From a virus, in the IMG/VR virus record IMGVR_UViG_3300043409_001462, positions 109,385-173,384 of that record: a stretch of DNA of 64,000 nt. The stretch is one strand, 5' to 3'. The position numbers and the translations under genes are program-made. Under the pieces are notes generated by a model. That model had not been told where the DNA came from. It saw only the letters and a list, made by a program, of their open reading frames with translations, and searched no databases. Shown one piece after another: positions 52,311 through 62,310 of this stretch (positions are counted from its first letter, which is position 1; each line of letters opens with the position of its first letter).

Positions 52311-52529
52311 ATGACAGAAATAGATCGTGATAGTCCTGCATACAGGCGTAAGAGAATGAGAGATCTATTTCGTCCTATAGAACGACAGATACTAATGACT
52401 GACGATGCAAGTGACTTGATTATGTTAGGTTCTTTAATGGTCACAACTGGTAAAGATATTTTGGTCCAGAGACTTGGATCAGAAAAGGCGAAGAGAATTA
52501 TTTTAACAATGAACTTTGGAGAAGATTAA
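52311..52529 (+). CDS. Hypothetical protein
   Basis: GAGG RBS. Confidence 0.7.
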   Translation: MTEIDRDSPAYRRKRMRDLFRPIERQILMTDDASDLIMLGSLMVTTGKDILVQRLGSEKAKRIILTMNFGED

Positions 52530-52630
52530 TGCCTCATCCTCATAAGAATCGTCCTCGTAAGGGTCGCCGTAAGGTTGGATCAGCAAAGCGTAAATCTCGT
52601 CGTACCAAGGGTAAGAAGAGCAAGAAGTAA
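52529..52630 (+). CDS. 33-aa extremely basic microprotein (not in ORF track)
   Basis: MPHPHKNRPRKGRRKVGSAKRKSRRTKGKKSKK; GGAGA RBS; TAATG coupling at both ends. Confidence 0.65.
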   Translation: MPHPHKNRPRKGRRKVGSAKRKSRRTKGKKSKK

Positions 52631-53802
52631 TGGATGATACTGACTTAGACGACTTCATTGAAGAAACAAAAGAAGGCACTTTAAAATCTAACTCTCGATT
52701 GATTTATGATATAAATCAGCTAGATACAGAATCTTCTGATTTCCATGAAAAGTTAACTAGAATAATTTACCTTTTGGTTACAAAAAAACCAATGGTTGTT
52801 AATTACGCTAAGTTAGATAGAAGAACAGCTTGGTCTAAGTACTTAAGAGAAAATAACATACCAAATAATAGTTTGATGGCGAATGTTATCAAATCTCTTG
52901 GTAAGGTTGGTGATGTTGGTAAAATACATGATAATGTATTAAATTTATATGAAGATAATTATCACAACACTAGATTTTTTATCCGTTATCTTAACTCGTT
53001 AAAGAACGAAGATAAAGTTCCATATCTAGGAGTTGCACTTAATTCTATTAGTGAATTTATTTTTGAACATCCTATCAAAAATTTAAATGATCTTAAAAAA
53101 TTGATGATGTTATCTGAAACAGAAATTGTTGAAAAGCTCACAGAAATTTCTAATAAGATAGGTGGTCTTAAGAGAATAAGTGGCGAGACAAATACTGATT
53201 GTAATATGTATTCTTGGATTCCTTTAGAATTCGAATATGATAGAGAGTTCATAAAGAATGCTGATATAGCATATGATTTAGGTGGAGGATTTACTACACC
53301 TCACCTAAGTTATCTTTTCGAAAAAGAAATGATAAGTTTAGACAGGATTAATCCTGCTATAGCAAAAGAGAACAAAATTAAAATTGTTAATCCTAAACAT
53401 GTTCCTTTAGAAGATTACTACGATGCTTTGTCAAAGCAAAAGTGGCAACCTTTCGATGTGTTCATTGACAGTATAGATGATAGCTACGATAGCTATTTTG
53501 TAACAAGCTTTGGTTTCACTACGTCAACTGTAGCGCCTCATAAAGATATAAAAAGCGAAGACGAAAATATGAACACGTTTCATACTTCGTTTCATGCACT
53601 AAAAGTTATAACTGAATTGATTGCAAAAAACAAAACAGTATATTTCTTTCTTTATGGTAGACCAACAGGAAGAGTTTATCAAAATAAAATTATTTCTATG
53701 AAGTTTATAAATAAAAAGTTAGTAAGGTACAATTTTTATGTTGATATATACTCTAGTAAAACGAAACACAATTTCGGCGTAACAAAGTTAGTATCATTAT
53801 AA
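52630..53802 (+). CDS. Hypothetical protein, possible SAM-binding fold
   Basis: AT-rich; AYDLGGG...SLD motif. Confidence 0.6.
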   Translation: MDDTDLDDFIEETKEGTLKSNSRLIYDINQLDTESSDFHEKLTRIIYLLVTKKPMVVNYAKLDRRTAWSKYLRENNIPNNSLMANVIKSLGKVGDVGKIHDNVLNLYEDNYHNTRFFIRYLNSLKNEDKVPYLGVALNSISEFIFEHPIKNLNDLKKLMMLSETEIVEKLTEISNKIGGLKRISGETNTDCNMYSWIPLEFEYDREFIKNADIAYDLGGGFTTPHLSYLFEKEMISLDRINPAIAKENKIKIVNPKHVPLEDYYDALSKQKWQPFDVFIDSIDDSYDSYFVTSFGFTTSTVAPHKDIKSEDENMNTFHTSFHALKVITELIAKNKTVYFFLYGRPTGRVYQNKIISMKFINKKLVRYNFYVDIYSSKTKHNFGVTKLVSL

Positions 53803-53804
53803 TT

Positions 53805-53878
53805 GCGGGGTTGGTATATAGGTTGTGCCCTAGCCTTCCAAGCTAGAGAAACGAGTTCGAGTCTTGTACCCCGCTCCA
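53805..53878 (+). tRNA. tRNA-Gly(TCC)
   Basis: Loop CTTCCAA, U73, CCA. Confidence 0.93.
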
Positions 53879-53893
53879 AAAAACAGGTGAAAC

Positions 53894-54565
53894 ATGTCAA
53901 ATAATTTATTGCCATATCCATGGTTTACTTTTTCTGCTATCTCTTATCTTCAAGAAATATTAAAAAGAGAAACAAAAGTTTTTGAATATGGAGCTGGTAA
54001 CAGTACATTGTTTTTCAACAACAATGTTGATGAGTGTTATTCTGTTGATCATAATTATTCATGGGTTAATTATGTTCTTAGCTCGATTCCAAAAGCGAAT
54101 ATTTCGTTTTGCGGAGAAAATGAAACGCCTCTAAAATCTGGTATTGAACTTATTGAAAATTTCAAAAGCGAAAATTTCGAATTACCAGTTCATCCTAATA
54201 GAAATCATAATATAGAACATGGTTTATTGAACCTTGAATTTGCAAATTATGCTAGTCAATTGACCAAATGGGATAAGGGTTATTACGATCTAATTATTGT
54301 AGATGGAATGGCCAGAAGTTTGAGTGGATATATTGCTGCTCATATGATTTCAGATCAAGGATATATTGTTCTTGACAATTCTGATAGATGGCAGTATAAT
54401 TCTTTACAGCAATATTTGATAGACCAAGGATTTGGTAGATTAGATTTTTTTGGAATGGGAGCTGTAAATGAATGGCCATGGTGCACTTCTTTCTTTTCTA
54501 AAAAAGTAGAAACAAACAATCCCGTAATTCAAAGACCACGAGATAGTGGTGATTTGAAATGGTAA
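53894..54565 (+). CDS. Class I SAM-dependent methyltransferase-like protein
   Basis: PWFT, VFEYGAGNST, SVDH, DLIIVDG..R, VLDNSDR. Confidence 0.75.
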   Translation: MSNNLLPYPWFTFSAISYLQEILKRETKVFEYGAGNSTLFFNNNVDECYSVDHNYSWVNYVLSSIPKANISFCGENETPLKSGIELIENFKSENFELPVHPNRNHNIEHGLLNLEFANYASQLTKWDKGYYDLIIVDGMARSLSGYIAAHMISDQGYIVLDNSDRWQYNSLQQYLIDQGFGRLDFFGMGAVNEWPWCTSFFSKKVETNNPVIQRPRDSGDLKW

Positions 54566-54576
54566 AAAGGTGAAAT

Positions 54577-55050
54577 ATGTCAAGAGAGTTCAATCTCGAT
54601 GAAGTTAAAGAATTTATCAGTCGCACTTCAGATTCATCCAATATTTACATTGGAGCCGATAGCGAGCGGTATCGTGGTCGCGATAACTTCTGGTATGCTG
54701 ACTACACAGTTGCTATCGTGGTTCATATTGATGGCTCACGTGGATGTAAGGTATTCGGGCAAGTCACTACTGAGCGAGATTATGACAAAAAGCATGATCG
54801 CCCAGCGTACCGCCTGATGAACGAAGTATACAAGGCTTCGGCCATGTATATCGATTTGTTCGAACACATTGGCGACCGTCACTGTGAAGTTCATCTTGAC
54901 ATTAATCCTGACGAAATGCATGGATCTTCTTGTGTTATTCAACAGGCAACTGGCTATATTCGTGGTATGTGTGGGTTCGCGCCCAAAGTGAAGCCAGAAG
55001 CCTTTGCAGCATCATACGCTGCTGATAGACTCAAGGAGATCCTTGCTTAA
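54577..55050 (+). CDS. RNase H-like YkuK (DUF458) family protein
   Basis: IYIGADS, RLMNEV, EVHLDIN, KPEAFAASYAAD. Confidence 0.85.
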   Translation: MSREFNLDEVKEFISRTSDSSNIYIGADSERYRGRDNFWYADYTVAIVVHIDGSRGCKVFGQVTTERDYDKKHDRPAYRLMNEVYKASAMYIDLFEHIGDRHCEVHLDINPDEMHGSSCVIQQATGYIRGMCGFAPKVKPEAFAASYAADRLKEILA

Positions 55051-55056
55051 CAATAA

Positions 55057-55132
55057 GCGCGAGTAGCTTAGCGGCTAAAGCCGACCGCTCATAACGGCCA
55101 GATCGGGGGTTCGAGTCCCTCCTCGCGCACCA
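55057..55132 (+). tRNA. tRNA(CAT), probably Ile2
   Basis: CCG-CTCATAA-CGG arm typical of TilS-substrate Ile2; CCA. Confidence 0.8.
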
Positions 55133-55177
55133 TTTCTAACTAAATAGAAACTGGTTAAACAATTTAAAGGAAAACAA

Positions 55178-55987
55178 ATGCGAAAGATTATTCTAGCTGC
55201 TTTGTTAGCTGTACCATTTATTTTTACAAGCGTTGCTTATGCAGAGCCAGTTAATAAACAAACTACTGAACAAACAGTTAAGAAGCCTGTTAAAAAGAAA
55301 AAAGTTAAAAAGCAAAAAGAAGCTGTAAAAGTCGAAGATAAGCTTAATGCGTTTTTGAGAGATTGTGGCTTGTTCGGCTGCGCTTCGCCTACGTATACTT
55401 CATTCGCAGCTCCTATTTCTGACGAAAACGCAGGAGCTTATTGGGCTAGAGAATATGAAAGAGAACAAATTCGTAAAAAGCAAATAGCTAAAGCTCCACC
55501 AGCGCCAAAACAACCAGCTAAGAAAGAGAAAGAATGTACTGGGTTCTTTACAGTTTGCGATAGAGATTCTGGACCATATATTGAAGCCAAGCGTTGGGAA
55601 GGTAAAACTGCTACTGGTAATCGCCAAGAGTTAAAAGCTTTACTTGCGCAAGGTAACAATAATATTCCTGTAGATCCAGCAAGAATTCCATGGTGCGCTG
55701 CATTCGCTAATGCGATTCTCAATCGTCAAGGGTATGAAACCACTGGTAGCTTGACAGCTCGTAGTTTCCTTACTCTCAATCACAAAACAAAAGATCCTGA
55801 AATTGGCGACATTGTAATTACTAAACGTGGGCACAGTAATGCTACTGGTCATGTTGGTTTCTTCGAAGGGTTTGAAGAAGTTGATGGTGTCAAGTATGTA
55901 AAGGTATTTGGTGGTAATACACAGAAGGCTGTTTCTACTGGATGGTTTCCTGTTAATGCAGTACTTGGTTATCGCAAAGTCGCGTAG
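55178..55987 (+). CDS. Secreted CHAP/NlpC-P60-type peptidase (TIGR02594-like)
   Basis: Signal peptide, PWCAAFAN, ARSF, GDIV, GHVGF, GGN. Confidence 0.8.
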   Translation: MRKIILAALLAVPFIFTSVAYAEPVNKQTTEQTVKKPVKKKKVKKQKEAVKVEDKLNAFLRDCGLFGCASPTYTSFAAPISDENAGAYWAREYEREQIRKKQIAKAPPAPKQPAKKEKECTGFFTVCDRDSGPYIEAKRWEGKTATGNRQELKALLAQGNNNIPVDPARIPWCAAFANAILNRQGYETTGSLTARSFLTLNHKTKDPEIGDIVITKRGHSNATGHVGFFEGFEEVDGVKYVKVFGGNTQKAVSTGWFPVNAVLGYRKVA

Positions 55988-55994
55988 GTGATTG

Positions 55995-56144
55995 ATGTGG
56001 AGATTATGGGCTAAAGCTCTTGGTGATAAATATGGAAAAGACGATAGGGAAGCTGATAAGATTGCGTTCATTAGAACAGCTATCGTCTTTTGTTATTTGA
56101 TTACAAATATTGTAATTATAGCAGGCGTCGTACGACATTGGTAG
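55995..56144 (+). CDS. 49-aa membrane microprotein (not in ORF track)
   Basis: MWRLWAKALGDK...EADKIAFIRT...IIAGVVRHW. Confidence 0.65.
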   Translation: MWRLWAKALGDKYGKDDREADKIAFIRTAIVFCYLITNIVIIAGVVRHW

Positions 56145-56173
56145 TTGACAAACGTGAAAATATCAGGTATAAT
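56145..56173 (+). promoter_or_regulatory. Consensus sigma70 promoter
   Basis: TTGACA-17-TATAAT. Confidence 0.85.
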
Positions 56174-56192
56174 GATGACAATGGAGATTAAA

Positions 56193-56300
56193 ATGTACAG
56201 TGAACTTGAACTACTCGTTATGAAAGATATGATGGAACTAGATTTTGATCCTTTGAATGTACACGATATTCAACTTTATTGGGAAAGAATTCTAGGATGA
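56193..56300 (+). CDS. 35-aa hypothetical protein
   Basis: GGAG RBS, ATGA coupling to glutaredoxin. Confidence 0.55.
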   Translation: MYSELELLVMKDMMELDFDPLNVHDIQLYWERILG

Positions 56301-56554
56301 AAGTTACACTATATACAAAACACGACTGTTTCTATTGCAGTCAAGCTAAGGTTCTTCTAGCTTCGAAGAATATTCAATTTAACGAACTTAAGCTTAACGA
56401 TGATTACACTCGAGATAACCTTCTCGAGATGTTCCCTTCTGCTACTACGTATCCAGTTGTAGTTGTAGATGGATTTAATATCGGCGGATTTACGCAACTT
56501 AAGAGTATGCTTGCAGAACAAACAACTACCACAGCTAAACTATTGAACGAGTGA
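56297..56554 (+). CDS. Glutaredoxin (NrdC-like)
   Basis: CFYC, TYP, IGGF. Confidence 0.9.
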   Translation: MKVTLYTKHDCFYCSQAKVLLASKNIQFNELKLNDDYTRDNLLEMFPSATTYPVVVVDGFNIGGFTQLKSMLAEQTTTTAKLLNE

Positions 56555-56564
56555 AGGATATAAA

Positions 56565-56837
56565 ATGCTATATGATCGTGATACTCTTCTGAAAGATCTT
56601 CAGGAGCAGGTGATTAAGGTGACATTCACTAAGGTTAATGGAGAGCAACGTGTTATGCGTTGTACTTTGATGCCACATCATCTCCCACAAAACACAGACA
56701 CCAACTATCTTATTCAAGAACATCGTAAGCCAGAGAATTTGAACACTCTTGCTGTTTGGGATTTGGAAAACGGTGGATGGCGATCTTTCCGTATCGAATC
56801 CGTAACTTATGTAGAATCTATGCACGAGAACTACTGA
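56565..56837 (+). CDS. WYL-like SH3 beta-barrel protein
   Basis: VTFTKVNGEQRVMRCTL...VWDLENGGWRSFR. Confidence 0.75.
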   Translation: MLYDRDTLLKDLQEQVIKVTFTKVNGEQRVMRCTLMPHHLPQNTDTNYLIQEHRKPENLNTLAVWDLENGGWRSFRIESVTYVESMHENY

Positions 56838-56838
56838 A

Positions 56839-57147
56839 ATGAAAAAGCTTGTTATGGTTGATTGTCTCTCACAGTTTCGTATTCGTTACTGCGTAGAGGT
56901 TGAAGACGATATTGAACATGCTCTTGATGAAGTTGTTATGGAATATGATGACACAGAATTCCATGAATTTTCTCAAGAGCACCTTAGACCTTCCCCAATT
57001 ATCCTTTCTTACAGAGAGATAAATAAGGAAGAATACCTTCGCATGTTCGACGAAGACAATGGCTATCTCAAGGATTGGTCAGAAGAACAAAAACTTAATT
57101 TCATCAACAAAATTAACTATGACAAGCCTGATCTTGTCGAGGGCTAA
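56839..57147 (+). CDS. Hypothetical protein
   Basis: Packed in operon. Confidence 0.7.
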   Translation: MKKLVMVDCLSQFRIRYCVEVEDDIEHALDEVVMEYDDTEFHEFSQEHLRPSPIILSYREINKEEYLRMFDEDNGYLKDWSEEQKLNFINKINYDKPDLVEG

Positions 57148-57157
57148 GGAGAACATT

Positions 57158-57544
57158 ATGGCATACTGGGGTTATCATCTTATTTTGGACTGTGCAGGTT
57201 GTGATCACGAAGCAATCACAAGTGCTGAAAACATTTCAGCTTTCGCCAAGCAATTGGTGCGAGATATCGACATGGTTCCTTATGGTGAACCACAGGTTGT
57301 AAATTTTGGTAGTGGTAACAAGGCAGGATATACGCTCGTTCAGCTAATTGAAACTAGTAATATCACAGCTCATTTTGTTGAGGAAAACGATACTATGTAT
57401 CTTGATGTTTTCTCTTGTAAGCCATTCGATCCTCAGAAGGCTATCGAAGTTGCGACTAACGCATTTAAGTTCCAGCGTTACAATACTGCATACATTGAAC
57501 GACAAGCTCCTTCAATGGAAGATCCTGTTCCAGAGAACAGCTGA
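57158..57544 (+). CDS. speD: S-adenosylmethionine decarboxylase proenzyme
   Basis: GYHLILD, ETSNITAH cleavage region, YLDVFSCK. Confidence 0.85.
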   Translation: MAYWGYHLILDCAGCDHEAITSAENISAFAKQLVRDIDMVPYGEPQVVNFGSGNKAGYTLVQLIETSNITAHFVEENDTMYLDVFSCKPFDPQKAIEVATNAFKFQRYNTAYIERQAPSMEDPVPENS

Positions 57545-58401
57545 TGCGTATTCTTGTTACTGGTGGACTAGGGTTCGTTGGTAGTTTCCTTGTGGAAAGG
57601 TTGATGCGAGATCATTCAGTTGATGTTGTTGACAACCTTTCTACAGGCGACTCTAGATGGAAAGTAGATAATGAGAACGTAAGGTATTACATTACTGATG
57701 TTGTTACCTACTGCAAAGAAGCAACAAAAACGTATGATGTAATTTATCATCTGGCTAACAATGCTAGAATTTCTATGTCGTTCGATTACCCAGAAGAAAC
57801 ATTGCTAAATAATTACCAGAGTACGATTGCTATTCTCGAGTACATGCGCGAGACCAATCCCTCTGGTAAGTTGTATTATGCATCATCATCAACAACTGAA
57901 TTTACAGACAAGTTCAATAATCCGTACACTTTTTCTAAGAAGGTGTGCGACGACATTTTGTATTTGTATAATATGCATTATGGTATTGACTTTTCGATTG
58001 TAAAATTTTACAATGTATATGGGTCGATGAGAGAGAAAGATCTCGGTGAGTACACGACGGTTATTCGCAAATTTAAACAGAAGGTAGAGGAAAATCTTAC
58101 TCTGCCTGTATATGGTCCAGATCGTCGACGTGATTTTACGCATATTGATGATACCATCGATGCTCTTGATATTATCTTAAAGAAGAATGATATGAATAGA
58201 GTGTTCCATATTGGCGCTGGTCAAAACTATTCTATTCAGGAAATTGCAGAAGCGTTCAATCATCCTATTGAGTATCAGCTGGACAAACGACCATATGAAC
58301 TGCATACAACTTTAAGCTTACCGAACGTTCAAGGTTGGAAAGCAAAACACAACGTAATTGATCACATTAAACAATGGAAAGAGAACTATGCCGTTAGCTA
58401 A
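57544..58401 (+). CDS. NAD-dependent epimerase/dehydratase
   Basis: VTGGLGFVGS, DNLSTG, YTFSK, YNVYG, RDFTHIDD. Confidence 0.92.
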   Translation: MRILVTGGLGFVGSFLVERLMRDHSVDVVDNLSTGDSRWKVDNENVRYYITDVVTYCKEATKTYDVIYHLANNARISMSFDYPEETLLNNYQSTIAILEYMRETNPSGKLYYASSSTTEFTDKFNNPYTFSKKVCDDILYLYNMHYGIDFSIVKFYNVYGSMREKDLGEYTTVIRKFKQKVEENLTLPVYGPDRRRDFTHIDDTIDALDIILKKNDMNRVFHIGAGQNYSIQEIAEAFNHPIEYQLDKRPYELHTTLSLPNVQGWKAKHNVIDHIKQWKENYAVS

Positions 58402-59386
58402 AGATGAACTCAGCGCAAAGGCGATGGGTGGTAGTGAAATGATGAAGTATAAGCTGATCGAGCGTCTCCCACAGGAGCTGACCGATCAGTTTCAAATTTT
58501 TGTTTCTCGCATTCAGGAACCTTTGAATCCTAATCTTATTAAAATTTATTGGCATCAGGATTTGCCTGAGGATCCCAATGCTATTGGTCCGTTGAAGAAT
58601 AACGGATGGAAGAACTTTGATATGCTAGTTTTTAACTCGGATTGGCAGCGAACAGTTTTTCAACGTGCTTTCAATATTCCATACTGGAAGTGCGTTACTC
58701 TTTGTAATGCTATGGAGCCATTCGATAATAACATCGTAAAGCCAGATCCTACTGAAACAGTTAACTTGATCTATCATACTACTCCTCATCGTGGGTTGGA
58801 AATTTTAGTTCCTGTCTTCGAGCGTTTGGCTGAAGATGATAAGGATATTAGGCTTGATGTTTACTCAAGCTTCAACATGTATGGATGGGGTGAGAGAGAT
58901 TCTCATTATCAAAATTTGTTCGATCGTTGTATTGATCATTCTCAAATTAATTATCATGGTTATCAGAAGAACGATGTTATTCGTGAAGCCTTACAAAAGG
59001 CGCATATTTACGCATATCCTTCTATTTGGACTGAATCATCTTGTATTAGCTTAATGGAAGCTATGTCTGCTAAGGTTCTTTGTGTTCACAGCAATCTTGG
59101 CGCTCTATGGGATACAGGTGGTGGTTTGACACGTATGTACCCATTCGATGAAGATGTAAATATTCATGCAAATCGTTTTGCCTTGCTTCTCAAGGAAGCT
59201 ATTGATTCAGTTCGTTCTAAAACAGTTGCAGCTGAGTTGATGTTCGTTAAGTCATACGCCGATATTAGGTTCAATTGGTCTCGTCGTGAGAAAGAATGGA
59301 TTTCTTTGATGGAGTCCTTGATTTCTCGAAAAAATGCGGGTATACTTAAGAATAGGGATGAAGGTAGATTTGTCTACAGAACTTGA
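58388..59386 (+). CDS. GT-B glycosyltransferase (GT4-like)
   Basis: GGSE, TPHRGL, YPSIWTESSCISLMEAM. Confidence 0.85.
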   Translation: MPLAKDELSAKAMGGSEMMKYKLIERLPQELTDQFQIFVSRIQEPLNPNLIKIYWHQDLPEDPNAIGPLKNNGWKNFDMLVFNSDWQRTVFQRAFNIPYWKCVTLCNAMEPFDNNIVKPDPTETVNLIYHTTPHRGLEILVPVFERLAEDDKDIRLDVYSSFNMYGWGERDSHYQNLFDRCIDHSQINYHGYQKNDVIREALQKAHIYAYPSIWTESSCISLMEAMSAKVLCVHSNLGALWDTGGGLTRMYPFDEDVNIHANRFALLLKEAIDSVRSKTVAAELMFVKSYADIRFNWSRREKEWISLMESLISRKNAGILKNRDEGRFVYRT

Positions 59387-59389
59387 GAG

Positions 59390-59397
59390 TATAAATA
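59390..59397 (+). promoter_or_regulatory. T4-type late promoter
   Basis: TATAAATA. Confidence 0.65.
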
Positions 59398-59427
59398 ATA
59401 CAGAGTCAGTTTAACAAAGGTAACTCG

Positions 59428-59820
59428 ATGGATAACGTCATACCGTTTCCTATTAAAAATAAAATACCAGCGCCAGCAGATTTAGATGAAGTAGGTGAAA
59501 AGATCGCTCAAGTAAAAAATCATCATATCAATGAAACTTTGCAAGCTGTCGTTCCTATTTTGTTTTCATATCTAGAGTCTGCTGGATTTGATTTTGATGT
59601 AGATGACGAAGAAGATGTAATAAACGATCCTAACATCAAAGATGCAGCTTTCGTTGTAGAATCGATTAGGTCTATACTTTGTAAGTACCATAATATGGAC
59701 CATCCCTTCCAGCAAATATCAGAGCATATATTCGAACCAGACTTGACAAACGAAGGTGTTTTCAGTTTGGCTAAAAAGATCAATATCACGTTTAAGAGCC
59801 TAGAGAAAGGAAACAGCTAA
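59428..59820 (+). CDS. Hypothetical protein
   Basis: MDNVIPFP start. Confidence 0.75.
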   Translation: MDNVIPFPIKNKIPAPADLDEVGEKIAQVKNHHINETLQAVVPILFSYLESAGFDFDVDDEEDVINDPNIKDAAFVVESIRSILCKYHNMDHPFQQISEHIFEPDLTNEGVFSLAKKINITFKSLEKGNS

Positions 59821-59833
59821 AAGCTGTATTGTT

Positions 59834-60682
59834 ATGATTATCGTTGATCTAAATCAAGTGATGTTGTCCAATCTTATGATGCAAATTGGCAACCATACTA
59901 ATGCTAAAATTGAAGATAATATGGTTCGCCATATGGTTCTAAATTCCCTCCGCTCTTATAAGCAAAAGTTCGGAGAAGAATATGGCGAGATTGTTATCGC
60001 CTGTGATAATACCAATATTTGGCGCAAGCAGATATTCCCTTATTACAAGGCTAACCGTAAGAAGTCTCGTGATTCCTCCGAGCTTGATTGGAAAATTATC
60101 TTCGAATGCATGAACAAGATTCGTTCAGAGCTTAAAGAATATTTCCCTTACAGAGTTATTGATATTGAATCTGCTGAGGCGGATGATATCATTGCAACCC
60201 TAGTTGGTGATGCTGATTATGGTACTCCTATACTAATTTTATCGGGTGACAAAGATTTTATTCAACTGCACGTACATGAAGGTGTCAAGCAATATGATCC
60301 TGTTCGTAAGAAGTGGATCACACACGACAACCCAGATCGTTATCTGGCAGAACATATCTTAAAGGGAGATAGCGGCGATGGCGTTCCTAACGTACTTTCT
60401 TCTGACAATTGTTTTGTTGTTGGCGAGCGTCAAAAACCACTGACTCAAAAAAAGATCGATGCTCTTATCGAGCTTGGTCTTGATGGTAAATTTGATCATC
60501 AATTGGCTCGTAATTATTCTCGAAATAAGCAGCTGATTGACCTAAGTATGATACCAGAAAATATTAAAGTAAAAGTTTTAGAATCTTATAATTTACAAAC
60601 AGATAAGAACAAAGACAAAATGTTTAACTATTTTATTGTAAACAAACTTAAAAACCTAATGGAACACATCGGAGAATTTTAA
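59834..60682 (+). CDS. rnh: T4 RNase H (5'-3' exonuclease, FEN family)
   Basis: WRK..FPYYKANR, EADDII, SGDKDFIQL, GDSGDGVPN. Confidence 0.93.
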   Translation: MIIVDLNQVMLSNLMMQIGNHTNAKIEDNMVRHMVLNSLRSYKQKFGEEYGEIVIACDNTNIWRKQIFPYYKANRKKSRDSSELDWKIIFECMNKIRSELKEYFPYRVIDIESAEADDIIATLVGDADYGTPILILSGDKDFIQLHVHEGVKQYDPVRKKWITHDNPDRYLAEHILKGDSGDGVPNVLSSDNCFVVGERQKPLTQKKIDALIELGLDGKFDHQLARNYSRNKQLIDLSMIPENIKVKVLESYNLQTDKNKDKMFNYFIVNKLKNLMEHIGEF

Positions 60683-61113
60683 TGGGTAAACGAATTGGAG
60701 TGGCAGAATTTCTAGAGAATGTTTCGAAATTCAAGAAGAAAGAAGAAAAGGTAAAGGTTCTTCAAGAGAATGATCATTTTGCCATCAAAACAATCCTTCA
60801 AGGAGCATTTGATCCTCGTATCACTTGGTTACTTCCAGAAGGAGATCCACCATATAAGCCAAGTGATCTAGTCGATCAAGAAAACGTTTTGATCCATGAT
60901 GTTCGTAAGCTCGTCCATTTTATTGAAGGTGGAAATCCCAACTTGAAGCAGAACAAGCGTGAATCTATGTTTGTTGAAATGTTAGAAACAATTGCTCCTG
61001 CCGATGCAAAGCTTCTTTGTGCTATCAAAGATAAGAAGTTGCCTTGGAAGGGCATTACCCCCGAAATCGTCAGAGAAGCATATCCAGGATTGATTGGTGA
61101 TGAGCAAGTCTAA
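60682..61113 (+). CDS. Hypothetical T4-like phage protein
   Basis: LPEGDPPY...KRESMFVEMLE. Confidence 0.75.
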   Translation: MGKRIGVAEFLENVSKFKKKEEKVKVLQENDHFAIKTILQGAFDPRITWLLPEGDPPYKPSDLVDQENVLIHDVRKLVHFIEGGNPNLKQNKRESMFVEMLETIAPADAKLLCAIKDKKLPWKGITPEIVREAYPGLIGDEQV

Positions 61114-61318
61114 TTTTAAAAAGTTTCGTAAGAATGATTGGTCGTATGACGATGATGAAGAGAATGCTGATAACCGCAGTAACTATCTAGAAAAGAAAAA
61201 ACAGAAAAGAGTTGATCGCGCACTGCGCACCAGGGACATCACAGCTCTTCTCGAAGACGAAGAAGACGAAACAGGTTTCGAAACGAACTATTCAACGTTC
61301 GAGGAAGATAAGCTTTAA
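61094..61318 (+). CDS. Hypothetical protein
   Basis: Overlapping chain; start may be 61100. Confidence 0.65.
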   Translation: MVMSKSNFKKFRKNDWSYDDDEENADNRSNYLEKKKQKRVDRALRTRDITALLEDEEDETGFETNYSTFEEDKL

Positions 61319-61560
61319 TGCCAACGTATAAGTTTCTTAATAATGACACTGGTGAAGAGCACGAGGACTTTATGAGTATCTCGGCTCTTGGTGAGTATTT
61401 GAAGACTAACCCACACATAACGCAACTAGTTAATGGTGCACCTATGATTTCTTCTGGGCGTGGACTCGGTAAACCAGACAATGGTTTTCGTGACTTGCTT
61501 AAAGACATGAAGAAGAAACATTCAAAAGGTATTACTAGGAGTACGATTAACACATTTTAA
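61318..61560 (+). CDS. FmdB-like small protein (Cys-less)
   Basis: MPTYKF.N..TGE...F. Confidence 0.65.
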   Translation: MPTYKFLNNDTGEEHEDFMSISALGEYLKTNPHITQLVNGAPMISSGRGLGKPDNGFRDLLKDMKKKHSKGITRSTINTF

Positions 61561-61572
61561 AAAAGAGTAACA

Positions 61573-62310
61573 ATGACAACAGAAAGATTGACCAGAAAAC
61601 AAAAAAGAATACAGCGTCAACAAGGTGGAAGAGAGGAAACTGTTCAAAGAAACAATTTGAGCCTCAAGCATTTCGATCCGTTAACAGCCAATCAAAAAAT
61701 AACATATCAAAATTTTAATAGCAAAAATTTGATGTTACATGGTATGGCTGGTACTGGTAAAAGTTTCATCTCGTTGTATCTTTCATTGAAGGAAGTCATC
61801 AAAACTGAAAGCATATATAAAAAAGTAGTCATTGTTAGAAGCGTTGTTCCAACCAGAGATATGGGATTCCTTCCAGGGAACAACAAGGAAAAAGCAAAAG
61901 TATACGAGGCGCCATACTATGCAATATGCACTGAGCTATTCGGACGAGGAGATGCTTATGAAATTCTCAAATCCAGAGGACTTGTGGATTTCGTATCAAC
62001 TTCTTTCATACGAGGCATTACTCTTAATGATTGTATCATTGTGGTTGACGAGATTGCCAATCTAACACTTCACGAATTAGATTCAGTTATCACTCGTGTA
62101 GGTAAGAACTGCAAAATTATCTTCTCAGGTGATTTCAGTCAATCAGACTTCACTCGCGAGCAGGATAGAAATGGTCTAAAAGACTTCATGAAAATTATTG
62201 AACGTATGAAGTCTTTCGAATTTATTGAATTTAATGAAAATGATATTGTTAGATCTGCAATGGTGAAAGAGTATATTCTTTCCAAACATAGGTTGGGTAT
62301 TGCTGCTTGA
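61573..62310 (+). CDS. phoH: PhoH family ATPase
   Basis: GMAGTGKS, GFLPG, FIRGITL, VDE, ITRVG, GDFSQSD, DIVRS. Confidence 0.93.
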   Translation: MTTERLTRKQKRIQRQQGGREETVQRNNLSLKHFDPLTANQKITYQNFNSKNLMLHGMAGTGKSFISLYLSLKEVIKTESIYKKVVIVRSVVPTRDMGFLPGNNKEKAKVYEAPYYAICTELFGRGDAYEILKSRGLVDFVSTSFIRGITLNDCIIVVDEIANLTLHELDSVITRVGKNCKIIFSGDFSQSDFTREQDRNGLKDFMKIIERMKSFEFIEFNENDIVRSAMVKEYILSKHRLGIAA

